From positions 1-64,000 of the forward strand of contig JBBIJY010000007.1 of NCBI GenBank assembly GCA_037445735.1: a stretch of DNA of 64,000 nt, in the 5' to 3' direction. The notes below the pieces were generated by a model. It made no database searches and was not told where the DNA came from. It saw only the letters and a list, made by a program, of their open reading frames with translations. Below, in pieces: positions 10,134-19,921 of the stretch (the first letter of the stretch is position 1; each line of letters begins with the position of its first letter). Position numbers and translations under genes: made by a program. Source of the DNA: Armatimonadota bacterium (GTDB lineage Bacteria; Armatimonadota; Fimbriimonadia; Fimbriimonadales; GBS-DC).

Positions 10134-12824
10134 GTGCAGGGTAGACTCTGCACTGTGCAGGCACCGCCTATTCTGGACAGACTGGCTGCGCAACCGCTGA
10201 AGCAGGGCTGGGAACTGCACGCGCCAGCGCTGGGCGTGCGGAAAGCAATCGGGGAACCCTGCGTGTGGGAGGACGCGGGGCTGCCAAAGGCGTTCGAAGG
10301 ACCTGTGGAATACCGCCTTGAGTTCGCGATCAAGCCCCGCCCGGATCGTCGCTACTGGCTCCATTTCGGCGGCGTGAGCTATGAGGTGGAAGGCTGGCTG
10401 AATGAGCAACCCATCGGCACCCACCGCGGCATCTGGCACTCATTCGGCTGGGAGTTAACATCCGCGCTCACAGAGGGCACGAACCACCTGCGCCTGCAGG
10501 TCATCAAAAACGGCGGGCGACGGTTCCCCGTGCCGCAGGTGCTGAGCGGATTCCTGCCCTATGTCTCCAGCACCTTCGGGGGCATCTGGCAGCCCGTGTA
10601 TCTGTTCCACACGGGCGATGCCTGGCTTAGCGACCTGTATGTTCGGGGCGAGGCTGACGGCACGCTCCGAATCGAAGGGATTATTGAGGGCGAGGGCAAG
10701 CCAGAACTGCGACTGAAGATTTTCGATGGGCGACAACTTCTGCACGAAACCCGCCATCGAACACAGGGCGCGTTTGAGCATGAAACCCGTCTGGCGGACA
10801 TCGTGCCGTGGTCGCCGCGTGAGCCGAAACTCTACCGCTGTCGGGCGGAGGTATGGCTTGGTGGCAGGCTCTCACACCGTGCGGAGCGACACTTCGGCTT
10901 TCGCACGCTCTCGGTCGACGGCTGGCGCATTTTGCTCAATGGGGAGCCGTTCTATCCGCGCGGACTGCTGCACTGGGGCTGGTATCTGCACACGCATGCG
11001 CCTGCACCACCTCCCGAAACAGTCAGGCGCGAGCTGGAACACCTGCGCGAGCTGGGCTTCAATATGCTCAAGGCGTGCCTGTGGGTGCCGCCGCGCGACT
11101 ATCTGGAGCTGTGCGACCGAATGGGCGTCGCGCTCTGGCTGGAACTGCCTCTCTGGCTGCCGCAGATGAACGCCGAACAGATCGAGCAGGTCAAACGCGA
11201 GTATGAGGCGATTGTGCGGCAGGTGCGCTCGCATCCTTCGATTCTCATCTGGACGCTGGGCTGCGAGCTGTCCGATCGATTCCCGTCCGACGCGCTGGGC
11301 GAGCTGTACGCGCTGGTCAAGCGGCTCACGGGCAGCCCGCTGGTGCGCGATAACAGCGGGGGTGGCGAGTGCTATGGCGGCGCATTGCGCGAGTATGCCG
11401 ACTTCGCCGATTACCATCTTTACACTGACCTGCCCTTTGCGCGTATAACTTTTCGCGATTTTCTTGAACGCATTCGCCCGCCCGCGCCGTGGCTGCAGGG
11501 TGAGTTTTGCGATCACGACACGCTGCGCGACTTTGCAAGCCTGCGCGAGCGCACCGAGCCGCGCCATCTCTGGTGGCTGGAACGCGACCTGCAGGTCAAC
11601 CCGCAGGGCGTGCGCTGGTTCTACGAGACGCCGTTCGTCGAGGAGCGACTGCAGCGGAAGGGATTAACGCCCTACCTTCGCCAGCTGGTATACACCTCAC
11701 GGCAGGAACTGTGGGTGCATCATAAGTTCGTGCTGGAGCGGGTGCGGGCGCTCACGGGCGCTTCAGGCTACATCGTGACGGGGCTGAAAGATACACCAAT
11801 TGCCACCGCTGGTCTGCTCGATGAGCATGGCGAGCCGAAGGTTCTCCCTGACTATCGCATGTTCAACGACGACACGGTGTTGCTGCTGGATTGGCATCGG
11901 CGGCGGGTGTGGCAGGCGGGCGGCGACCGCCCTGCGAACCCTGACCCGTTCAATCACTTCGGCGGGCAGACGCTCTACCCGACGCTGGCGGTCTCCCATT
12001 TCGGGGCGCCCATCGCCAACGCCGAACTGCACTGGCGCGTGTGCTGCGGCAGAATGCGCCGATCGGGCGTGGTGAAGCCGATTCAGCTGCAGGGCGGCAC
12101 AGTGAGCGCGCTGACGATGCTGGAGCTGCCCGTGCCCGAAGTCAAAACGCCGCGCGCGCTGACCCTGGAAGCCGAGCTGGTCGCAGGCGGGCGGCGGATA
12201 GCATTCAACCGCTGGAACTTATGGCTCTATCCGCGTCCCAACTGGCAGCAGATGGTGCAGCGATGCGTCCTGTACGACCCCGATGGAAGCCTGATTGACC
12301 TGCCCGCCGTCGATGAGGTGTTCCTGCCCTTTGAGCGCGTGAACTGGTTCCGTGAACGCCTGTTGCTGGCGACGCGCTGGGCAGACTGGTTGCGGGCTTA
12401 CCTGAATCGTGGCGGGCGTGTTCTGCTCATCCTCACCGATGGCGCGTCGCTAACGCAGGAGCGGCTCCCCTTCTGGCGCGAATCGGTTCACCTGTTCTAT
12501 CCTCATCCCCTCTGGAAGCGTCTGGGGGCGATCCCGCATGCGGACGAGCGGCTGTTCGCCTTCAGCACGGATCGCGCCCTGCGGCGGGAGTGGTCGCAGA
12601 TAGACCCCTACGCGGTGTGGGAACCCATCTGGCAACGGGTGGACGCCCGCACGGGTTATTTAACCGATTATCTGGCAGAGGTTCGTCTGGATAAGGGGCG
12701 CATGCTTGTTACCACCCTGCACTTTGCGGGCTGGCTGGGCGACACACCCGTAAGCCTGCGCTATCACCCTGCAGGGCAATACTGGCTCGCGCAGATGCTG
12801 CGCTACCTGCGGAACTCCAGATAG
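10134..12824 (+). CDS. Glycoside hydrolase family 2-like protein (true start may be GTG 10155)
   Basis: LHFGGVSY, GGIWQPV, WSPREPKLY, FGFRTL..LNGEP, HPSILIWTLGCE motifs. Confidence 0.85.
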   Translation: MQGRLCTVQAPPILDRLAAQPLKQGWELHAPALGVRKAIGEPCVWEDAGLPKAFEGPVEYRLEFAIKPRPDRRYWLHFGGVSYEVEGWLNEQPIGTHRGIWHSFGWELTSALTEGTNHLRLQVIKNGGRRFPVPQVLSGFLPYVSSTFGGIWQPVYLFHTGDAWLSDLYVRGEADGTLRIEGIIEGEGKPELRLKIFDGRQLLHETRHRTQGAFEHETRLADIVPWSPREPKLYRCRAEVWLGGRLSHRAERHFGFRTLSVDGWRILLNGEPFYPRGLLHWGWYLHTHAPAPPPETVRRELEHLRELGFNMLKACLWVPPRDYLELCDRMGVALWLELPLWLPQMNAEQIEQVKREYEAIVRQVRSHPSILIWTLGCELSDRFPSDALGELYALVKRLTGSPLVRDNSGGGECYGGALREYADFADYHLYTDLPFARITFRDFLERIRPPAPWLQGEFCDHDTLRDFASLRERTEPRHLWWLERDLQVNPQGVRWFYETPFVEERLQRKGLTPYLRQLVYTSRQELWVHHKFVLERVRALTGASGYIVTGLKDTPIATAGLLDEHGEPKVLPDYRMFNDDTVLLLDWHRRRVWQAGGDRPANPDPFNHFGGQTLYPTLAVSHFGAPIANAELHWRVCCGRMRRSGVVKPIQLQGGTVSALTMLELPVPEVKTPRALTLEAELVAGGRRIAFNRWNLWLYPRPNWQQMVQRCVLYDPDGSLIDLPAVDEVFLPFERVNWFRERLLLATRWADWLRAYLNRGGRVLLILTDGASLTQERLPFWRESVHLFYPHPLWKRLGAIPHADERLFAFSTDRALRREWSQIDPYAVWEPIWQRVDARTGYLTDYLAEVRLDKGRMLVTTLHFAGWLGDTPVSLRYHPAGQYWLAQMLRYLRNSR

Positions 12825-13741
12825 TCGATGAACTCGTCGGTAGCGTCGCGGGCAGAGGGCGAATCGGAGAGCCGATAGCCTCTCATACGCGCCCATTCGC
12901 GTGCCATCTCGCGCAGAATGCGCTGCGTGAGCCGATTCACCGCACGCTGGCTTTGCTGAACTTTTTCGCCGAAAGTATCACCTGGCAATCCGACGCTGAG
13001 GGCAGGCACCTGCAGGCGCTTCGCGGGCGCCTGACGCGATTCGGCAGGCGGCATATAGCGCTCGATAAGGTCCGGTTGCTGGCGCATCAGCTGGTCAACC
13101 TCCTGCTCCACCTGGCGAATGAACTCGCGGCGGCGGGCACGCAGGCGCGCTTCGATCTCCTGCTCCACACGCTGTAATCGCGCCTGCAGCTGCTGGCGCA
13201 GAGCCTGGTCCTGTTGTCGCCAGCGGTCGTCCAGCGCGTTCAGTTGCTGCTGGAGTTGCCTGTAGCGCTCGGAATTGGGCGAGAGTTGCGCCATCTCGGT
13301 CAGCAGGGGGAGCCGCCTGCGCCCATGCTTTTCGAAAGCCGCACGCCATTCTGTCAGCCATTGGGCGCGAATCGAATCGGGATCGTACTCCGCCTGCAGT
13401 TCGGCACGCCACTGCTGCTCCAGCTTTTCTAATGGCTCAAGGCGGATCTGCAGCAGGCGTTCGCGCACGGCTTCGCGCTGCTCGCGAATGGCGTCGCGGG
13501 CTTGCTCGCGGCGACGGTTGAGCGTGTCGGGCGTTGCGGGCGCTTCGACAGCAGGCAGCTCCGCATGGGCAGCCAGCGCACCCTGCGCAACAGACGGCTT
13601 CGGGGCTGGGGCAGAAACGGGCTGGGGCAGGCGTGCGATTACGCGTTCAAAATCGATGCGCACCAGCTCTGCCCGACGCGCCGAACACGCGCTTAGCAGC
13701 AACACCAGCCCCAGCGCACAGGCTACTTCCTGGCATTTAAT
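12803..13741 (-). CDS. Long coiled-coil OmpH/Skp-like lipoprotein (start inferred at ATT 13741)
   Basis: Lipobox LLLSA-C; VRIDFERVI and DATDEFIDYL echo the OmpH termini; overlaps the skp end. Confidence 0.65.
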   Translation of the reverse strand: MKCQEVACALGLVLLLSACSARRAELVRIDFERVIARLPQPVSAPAPKPSVAQGALAAHAELPAVEAPATPDTLNRRREQARDAIREQREAVRERLLQIRLEPLEKLEQQWRAELQAEYDPDSIRAQWLTEWRAAFEKHGRRRLPLLTEMAQLSPNSERYRQLQQQLNALDDRWRQQDQALRQQLQARLQRVEQEIEARLRARRREFIRQVEQEVDQLMRQQPDLIERYMPPAESRQAPAKRLQVPALSVGLPGDTFGEKVQQSQRAVNRLTQRILREMAREWARMRGYRLSDSPSARDATDEFIDYLEFRR

Positions 13742-14343
13742 CGCTTGATCACCTCGTCGGTCAGGTCGTTCTCGCAGTACAGTACGGCATCTGCGGCGAA
13801 CACCAGCTGTATCTTTTTCTCTTTGGCGACCTGCGCGATAACTTCGCGAATGCGTTTCTGCACCTCGTTGCGCCGCGTTTCTGCCTGCTTGCTGAACTCC
13901 TGGCTCCACTGCTGTTGCAGCACCTGCAGGGCGTCCTGACTGCGCCGCTCCATCTGCGTGAAGCGTTCCAGCGCCGCCTTCTCGGTCTCGGACAGGTTCG
14001 CCTTCTGGCGCAGCGCCTGCAGCTCATCCGAGCGCTGGCGAGCCGTCTTCTTGAGGATCTCCAGTTGCTGTTTCTGCTGGTCGTTCGGGGTTGCCACCAG
14101 CAGCAGGTTCACCATCTGCTGCCGCTCCTCGTCGGTCAGGATGAGATGTTCCTGCAGGCTTTGAAGGGCTTGCTGGTAGCGTTGCTGAAGGGTTTGCAGC
14201 TCGCGCAGGCTATCCTGCGTGAGTTGCGCCTCATTAATGATGCGCTCGTAGTCGACCACGCCGAAGGTCTGGGCTTGCGCCATGGCGACCAGCGCCGCGA
14301 AAACCAGAATCCCTGTGATGGTTCGCATTTGTTCTACCTCCAT
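13723..14343 (-). CDS. skp: OmpH/Skp family periplasmic chaperone
   Basis: Signal peptide, FGVVDYERII, VAKEKKIQLVF, DLTDEVIKRL; directly downstream of bamA. Confidence 0.88.
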   Translation of the reverse strand: MEVEQMRTITGILVFAALVAMAQAQTFGVVDYERIINEAQLTQDSLRELQTLQQRYQQALQSLQEHLILTDEERQQMVNLLLVATPNDQQKQQLEILKKTARQRSDELQALRQKANLSETEKAALERFTQMERRSQDALQVLQQQWSQEFSKQAETRRNEVQKRIREVIAQVAKEKKIQLVFAADAVLYCENDLTDEVIKRLNARK

Positions 14344-14361
14344 GTAGCGGTAGTATACCCG

Positions 14362-16137
14362 TCAGAACACCTGTCCGACGCTGAAGTGGGTTCGTCCGCC
14401 ATCCTTGCCGATGCCGTAGTCGATGCGCAGGGGACCGAGCGGCGTGCGCACGCGGATGCCGATGCCGTAGCCGATCTGTGGCTGGAAGCGGCTGCTCTGG
14501 CTGAAATTGTTCACGGTCGGGTAGCCGCCCCAGGCGTGCCCCATGTCGACGAACAGCACGGCGGTGAACGCCTTTTCGACGGGGATGCGGTACTCGAAGC
14601 TCAGCAGGGCTGCCTGCCTGCCCCAGAATCGGTCTTCAGGGTAGCCGCGCAGGGTTTCTGCCCCGCCGATAAACATCTGCTCGAAGAAGGGGATGTTGCC
14701 CGTGATGAAGCCGTAATAGGCGCGAAGGGCGAACACATGGCGGCGGTCGTCGGGCGTGGTGCGTCGTCCCTGCGGGCTGAAGTAGAAGCGATAGTCCAGC
14801 GACGCCCGCAGGAAGTTCGACCGACCCAGCCGCACAACGCCCGAATCGAGGAACTGTTGCTCCGCGCTGCGAATGTTCGTTACGCCCGGCTCCAGCGTGA
14901 GCGCGACATACTGCCCGCTGGCAGGGTCCAGATCAAAATCGCGCGTGTTATAAATCCCGCGCAGGGTGAAGCTGGTCAGTGAGCCATCCTGCCGAATGAA
15001 GCCGCCGCTCTCATTGGTCGCCACCCGATTCGTGCGCACATCTTCCGTGCGGAAGCCGACCACCGCGTTGAAGAAATCGCCAGAGGGGCGACCGACGCTG
15101 AGCGTTATCCCGCGCCGACGCTCGTCATAGCGCTCCTCCAGGTCCTGGTTGACCGTGCCCCCAAAAAAGCTGGAGGTGAAGCGATACACCAGCTTATCAT
15201 AGATGGAGAAGGAGAGGCTGGTGTGCTGCTTATCCAGATAGGGTTCGGTGAAGAGCAGTTCGATGCTGTTGCCGTTGCGCCCGCCAGTGCTCTGGAAGTT
15301 CAGCCCGATGGTCTGCCCGCGCCCGCGAAAGTTAGTCTCATACAGTTCCGCCAGCCCGATGATGCGCTGGCGCGGGTCGATCGCAAATCCCACATTCAGG
15401 CGCCCGGTCGGACGCTCCTTGACCCGCAGCACGATATTGACCGTGCCCGGCTCGCCAGGCTCCTCTTCGGGCACAATCTGCTCAAAGTAGCCCAGATTAT
15501 AGAGGCGGTTCAGGTCGCGCTGCCAGCGCGGGATATAAAACAGGTCGCCCGGCTTCGTGCGCAGCTCGCGCAGAATGACCGAACTGCGCGTCTTGGTGTT
15601 GCCTTCCACTCGAATCTGCCCCACACGCAGCTCGGTGAGCGTGATCTTGAGCGTGCCGGTCTCATCATCGGGGGGCAGGTAGCTTTCGATGAGCGCGATA
15701 TAGCCCGCGTTGCGATAGGCATCGGTGATCGCGGTCGTATCCGATCGGGCAAAGTTGAAGTTGAACACATTGCCGGGCTTGTTGCGAATCACCTGCAGGA
15801 GTTGCTCGGTAGTCAGCGCGGTGTTACCTGTAATCTGCACCTGTTTGATGAGCGGGTTCTCCACCACATCGAAGATGATTCGCACGCCCGTTTCGGTCTG
15901 CTCCACGCTGGGTCGCACCTCGGAAAAGAGTCCCATCGTCTCCAGCGTTCGGCGATCCTGTTCCAGGCTGGCTTCAGTGTAGGTCTCGCCCGGTTTGAGT
16001 CGCAGGGCGGTCAGCACCGCCGTTTCGGACACATTCTTTAACCCACGCACCGTAATGCTTTCCACACGCCGTGACTGCGCCATTGCTGGCAGCATTGCCA
16101 TCAGCAACAGCATGCCCACAAGCAGTTTCAGTCTCAT
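14362..16137 (-). CDS. bamA: Omp85/BamA outer-membrane assembly protein (about 3 POTRA domains)
   Basis: Signal peptide from ATG 16137, POTRA motifs (ITGNT, VEGNTKT), LRGY, TPLGPLRIDYG, terminal Phe. Confidence 0.93.
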   Translation of the reverse strand: MRLKLLVGMLLLMAMLPAMAQSRRVESITVRGLKNVSETAVLTALRLKPGETYTEASLEQDRRTLETMGLFSEVRPSVEQTETGVRIIFDVVENPLIKQVQITGNTALTTEQLLQVIRNKPGNVFNFNFARSDTTAITDAYRNAGYIALIESYLPPDDETGTLKITLTELRVGQIRVEGNTKTRSSVILRELRTKPGDLFYIPRWQRDLNRLYNLGYFEQIVPEEEPGEPGTVNIVLRVKERPTGRLNVGFAIDPRQRIIGLAELYETNFRGRGQTIGLNFQSTGGRNGNSIELLFTEPYLDKQHTSLSFSIYDKLVYRFTSSFFGGTVNQDLEERYDERRRGITLSVGRPSGDFFNAVVGFRTEDVRTNRVATNESGGFIRQDGSLTSFTLRGIYNTRDFDLDPASGQYVALTLEPGVTNIRSAEQQFLDSGVVRLGRSNFLRASLDYRFYFSPQGRRTTPDDRRHVFALRAYYGFITGNIPFFEQMFIGGAETLRGYPEDRFWGRQAALLSFEYRIPVEKAFTAVLFVDMGHAWGGYPTVNNFSQSSRFQPQIGYGIGIRVRTPLGPLRIDYGIGKDGGRTHFSVGQVF

Positions 16138-16730
16138 TCCGATCCCTCCTGATGGATGTAGGGTGCCAGGCGGATGCGGAGCCAGTTGCGGGCGCGTGCC
16201 AGTCGGCTGCGCACCGCCTCTAAAGTGATACCCAGCACCTCGGCGATCTCCTCGTAAGACAGCTCCTCGTATTCGCGCAGTAAAATAATCTCGCGATAGT
16301 CGGGTGGCATCTGTCGGATCAGCTCCCGCACGCGCTCGGTCAGCTCCTGTTGCAGCAGATGCTGTTCGGGCGAGGGGGCTGGATCGACGGGTTCCCAGCC
16401 CGTCGGCTCGCCGAACTCGTCCGTCTCCAGCGACGCCATATCGATCTCGCGCCGCCGAATACGGTTGCGCTTCTCCAGATGGTCGTGCGCCAGATTCACA
16501 GCGATGCGATAGAGCCATGTGTACGGCTGCGACTCGCCGCGGAAGCGGTCGAAGGCGCGAAAGGCGCGATAGAAGGTCTCCTGTGTCAGGTCGGCGGCAT
16601 CCTCCGGGTCGTTGACCATCCGCAGGAGCAAGTTATAGATGCGCCGTTCGTATGCTATGACCAGCGCTTCGAACTCCGCCGCTTCATCTTCTATCCAGCG
16701 CACGCCAGCACTCGCTTCCTGCCACACCAC
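16134..16730 (-). CDS. ECF RNA polymerase sigma factor (SigE/SigW-like)
   Basis: DAADLTQETF, TWLYRIAVN, LSYEEIAEVLG...VRSRLARAR. Confidence 0.95.
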   Translation of the reverse strand: MVWQEASAGVRWIEDEAAEFEALVIAYERRIYNLLLRMVNDPEDAADLTQETFYRAFRAFDRFRGESQPYTWLYRIAVNLAHDHLEKRNRIRRREIDMASLETDEFGEPTGWEPVDPAPSPEQHLLQQELTERVRELIRQMPPDYREIILLREYEELSYEEIAEVLGITLEAVRSRLARARNWLRIRLAPYIHQEGSE

Positions 16731-16734
16731 TCTT

Positions 16735-16763
16735 TTAGACTCAGGCGCCCTGCGCCCTGTTTC
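16735..16763 (-). promoter_or_regulatory. ECF-type promoter GAAAC-N18-GTCTAA, probably autoregulatory
   Basis: Matches the general ECF consensus (AAC at -35, GTC at -10) directly before the sigma gene. Confidence 0.6.
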
Positions 16764-16809
16764 GGTTTAAGTGTACCCGCTGGGCAGAATGCGATTCCAC
16801 CGCCGACTT

Positions 16810-17136
16810 TTACAGAGGTAGTCTTAAAACCCGGTTTTCCAGATCGGCAGGTTTACCAGCCACCAGAATCAGCTCCAGGTCTTCTATTGCTTTTCTTATG
16901 GGGAGGCCTTGCGGAACCACTATCACACCTGGTACATTCACACCCTGTTGAATGTACTGGTAGACAATACGCGGAACGGTTCGCTCATCATGTGTGAGCA
17001 GAATACGATTCTCAGAAATAGCATGTTGCAGAATGATCTCATCAGGTGCTTTGTCCAGACCTACCTCCCGCGCAGTGATTAAATCCAGTATCGCCTGCTT
17101 GAGGTTCACATCTACAAGGATTTTGAGGGTGATCAT
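16810..17136 (-). CDS. DUF5615 PIN-like toxin (possibly with an internal deletion)
   Basis: KILVDVNL, PDEIILQHA...RILLTHD, PGVIVV; coupled to DUF433. Confidence 0.8.
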   Translation of the reverse strand: MITLKILVDVNLKQAILDLITAREVGLDKAPDEIILQHAISENRILLTHDERTVPRIVYQYIQQGVNVPGVIVVPQGLPIRKAIEDLELILVAGKPADLENRVLRLPL

Positions 17137-17504
17137 TCCTCTGTTAGTTTGATCTGGTCAGTTTGTTGGCGACGGCGGCGCAACAGGCGTCGGCGCAGGC
17201 TTCTTTTCTCATGCGGGCTGACAAACAGCGGCTCGTTCTCCACAATCTCCTGCTTTACGCGCCGTAGATAAGCGTTCAGAATATCTTTATTGCTTAAATA
17301 GTATGCAAGGATGGTATACACATCTTCCAGTCGCAGAGCGGGAAAGTCTTGCACAATCTGCTCAGGAGTTTCACCCTGCTGAAAGGCGAACAGCACGGTC
17401 TCCAGCGGGATGCGTGTGCCCTGAACTCGCAGAACCCCATGCTCATCCTCTTGCAGCGGCAGTGGTGGCGTTTTTATCCGACCCAAAGTGCCTGATGACT
17501 GCAT
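17133..17504 (-). CDS. DUF433 family antitoxin
   Basis: GVLRVQGTRIPLETV...GETPEQIVQDFPAL.LEDVY; start ATG 17504, 6 nt after TATAAT. Confidence 0.88.
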   Translation of the reverse strand: MQSSGTLGRIKTPPLPLQEDEHGVLRVQGTRIPLETVLFAFQQGETPEQIVQDFPALRLEDVYTILAYYLSNKDILNAYLRRVKQEIVENEPLFVSPHEKRSLRRRLLRRRRQQTDQIKLTEE

Positions 17505-17586
17505 ACCCTTATTATACCCCCTGTTGCAAGTCTGTGTTGCATGCTGTCTGTTGGGGTATAATAGGGGGTGAGGAGGCATATATAGC

Positions 17587-17946
17587 GTGCGCAGTCGCAG
17601 GGCGACGGTAGCGTTTATGCATCCGAGCGAGGAGATGTTCGCTCGCCTGCTGGACTACTACCGGATTCGCTGGGAATACGAGCCGCGTACTTTCGTGCTT
17701 CGCACCGACGAGCAGGGCAATCCCAAAGAGTCGTTCACGCCCGACTTCTATCTGCCCGATTATGACCTCTATATTGAGCTGACGGTGCGTCGGGCGAACA
17801 TTAATCGGCGCAAGCGGCGCAAGATCGAGCGGCTGCAGGCGCTCTACCCCGATGTGCGCATTAAACTGATGAGCGCACGCGACTTTGAGCGGCTGATGCT
17901 CAAGTACGGCGTGCGCTGGCGCGAGCATCTGAACGAAACGGATTAG
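17587..17946 (+). CDS. Small PD-(D/E)XK nuclease-like protein
   Basis: SE..FA..L, WEYEP, FTPDFYLP, YIELT pattern reminiscent of T7 endonuclease I-like proteins. Confidence 0.7.
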   Translation: MRSRRATVAFMHPSEEMFARLLDYYRIRWEYEPRTFVLRTDEQGNPKESFTPDFYLPDYDLYIELTVRRANINRRKRRKIERLQALYPDVRIKLMSARDFERLMLKYGVRWREHLNETD

Positions 17947-18353
17947 CTCTCGCCGGAGCGGGGTCGGGGCGCGGCGGTCGGCGCGTCGATAATTGCCTGC
18001 GGTGGCGCGAACACGAACACATGTTCGCTCACCTTCTCGACGCTGCCCTCAATCGCGTACACGACCCCGTTCAGGAAGTCGATGAGCCGTTCACGCATCG
18101 GGGGTGGCGTCGCCGCGAAGTTGATGACCTGCTGGATGCCCTCTTTCAGCCCGTCAGCGATCAGGCGGGCATCTTCGAGGCTCTGCACCTCGCGCCGAAT
18201 GCACAGGTGATAGGGATGGAATCGGCGGTAGCGCACGCCTGGCTCGGCAGGCAGCTCGTCCAGCTCCTCATCGGCGCGTCGGAACCAGCCGCGCACTCGA
18301 TCCCACAGCCCGACGCGCTCCTCTTCCAGTTCGTCATAGTCGTAATGTCGCAT
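17943..18353 (-). CDS. sepF: Cell division protein SepF
   Basis: RLIDFLNGVVYAIEGSVEKV..VFVFAP; follows yggS as usual. Confidence 0.92.
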   Translation of the reverse strand: MRHYDYDELEEERVGLWDRVRGWFRRADEELDELPAEPGVRYRRFHPYHLCIRREVQSLEDARLIADGLKEGIQQVINFAATPPPMRERLIDFLNGVVYAIEGSVEKVSEHVFVFAPPQAIIDAPTAAPRPRSGES

Positions 18354-18403
18354 CGTCTCGCCTCCATGTGGTCAGGTTTCTCGCGCGGGCATCCTGCCCG
18401 TGC

Positions 18404-19078
18404 TTATGGGCGCGCCCCAAACAGGGCGGTGCCAATCCGCAACAGGTTCGCGCCCTCTTCAAGGGCAATCTCGAAGTCGTGGCTCATGCCCATCGAAAGC
18501 CACCGACGGTTCGGCGCGGGCAGCTGTTCGAACAGCCGCCTCAGCGTGCGGAACGCCTGGCGGATGCGCGTGGCATCCTCGGTAAGCGGGGCGATACCCA
18601 TCAGCCCCTGCAGCTGCAGGTTCGGCTGACTCAGCACCGATTCGGCAAGCGCGAGCGCCTCGTCCGGCGCCACACCCGCACGAGTCGCTGCTTCCGCCAG
18701 GCGCACCTCAATCAACACTGGTTGCACAACGCCCCGATTCGACGCCACCCGCTGTATCTCCTGCATTAAGGATACCCGATCCACAATATGTAGGAGCTGA
18801 AACCGCCCGACCACATATTTCACCTTGTTGGTCTGCAGATGCCCGATGAAGTGCCATTCGATATCGCTGGGGAGCTGGTCAAGCTTGGTGCGCGCTTCCT
18901 GCCAGTAGTTCTCGCCGAAAGCGCGCAGCCCACAGTGATAAGCCTCGCGGATGCGGTCGACGGGCACGCCTTTGGTGACCGCCACGAGCTTGACGCTGGC
19001 AGGGTCGCGCCCCGCACGCTGGCATGCGGTCGCGATGCGTTCCTGAAGAGTGGCAAGATTAGTTTGAAGGCTGCTCAT
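18404..19078 (-). CDS. yggS: PLP homeostasis protein YggS
   Basis: LVAVTK, FGENYWQE, WHFIGHLQTNK, LSMGMSHD, RIGTALFG; start ATG 19078. Confidence 0.96.
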   Translation of the reverse strand: MSSLQTNLATLQERIATACQRAGRDPASVKLVAVTKGVPVDRIREAYHCGLRAFGENYWQEARTKLDQLPSDIEWHFIGHLQTNKVKYVVGRFQLLHIVDRVSLMQEIQRVASNRGVVQPVLIEVRLAEAATRAGVAPDEALALAESVLSQPNLQLQGLMGIAPLTEDATRIRQAFRTLRRLFEQLPAPNRRWLSMGMSHDFEIALEEGANLLRIGTALFGARP

Positions 19079-19808
19079 GCGCCTGCTGGCTTTCGAGCGC
19101 GTGCTGGGCGGCTTCAGCATACGCGCCTTCGAGGCTGCCGCTCTTGTGCTTTTTGGCGAGCTGTTCCAGCCGACCCGTCTCCATAAACCAGACGCGCTCG
19201 GCAATATTGGTGGAGTGGTCGGCGATTCGCTCCAGATAGTGGGCGACCAGCAGGAGCCACGACGCCGCTGTTACATATTCGGGCTGCTGGCGCATAATCT
19301 CCTGCAGCTGGGCGCGAATCTGTCGATAGAGCGCGTCCACCTCGTCATCCTGCTGACACACATGCAGCACCTGTTGCAGGTCGCGCTTCACAAACGCCTC
19401 GATGCTGTCCAGCAACATGCGGCGGGCAGCCAGCGCGAGGCGCGGAATGTCCACCAGCTGGTTCACCTTCGGCTCGTCCTGAATCTTGCGGGCGGCTTTG
19501 GCGATATCGACCGCATAGTCGCCGATGCGCTCGATGTCGGTGATCATCTTCATGATGGTGCCAATGACGCGCAGGTCACTCGCCATCGGCTGCTGGAGGG
19601 CAAGCAGTCGCAGGCAGTGGGTTTCGATATCGACATCGATCTGGTCCACTTCATCATCGCGCAGAAGCACCTCTTCGGCGCGTTTCATATCGCCCCGCAT
19701 GAGCGCGTCCACTGCGTCGGCGACCATGCTTTCGGCGATGCTCGCCATCGCCAGCACCTTTGTCTCCAGGCTCTTGAGTTCCGCATCAAATGCCTGTCGC
19801 GTTATCAT
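19059..19808 (-). CDS. phoU: Phosphate signalling regulator PhoU
   Basis: QQPMASDLR, DIERIGDYA, DDEVDALY, LERIADHSTNIAE. Confidence 0.97.
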   Translation of the reverse strand: MITRQAFDAELKSLETKVLAMASIAESMVADAVDALMRGDMKRAEEVLLRDDEVDQIDVDIETHCLRLLALQQPMASDLRVIGTIMKMITDIERIGDYAVDIAKAARKIQDEPKVNQLVDIPRLALAARRMLLDSIEAFVKRDLQQVLHVCQQDDEVDALYRQIRAQLQEIMRQQPEYVTAASWLLLVAHYLERIADHSTNIAERVWFMETGRLEQLAKKHKSGSLEGAYAEAAQHALESQQAHEQPSN

Positions 19809-19921
19809 TCTAACAAGAGATTATACCTCTGTGCCCCCCTCACCTCCACCTAAAGGGGACAGGGCTTGAGTTGAACCCGCTTGCCCACAGCGCGGAAGGC
19901 AGCCAGAGGCGGAGAAACCAT

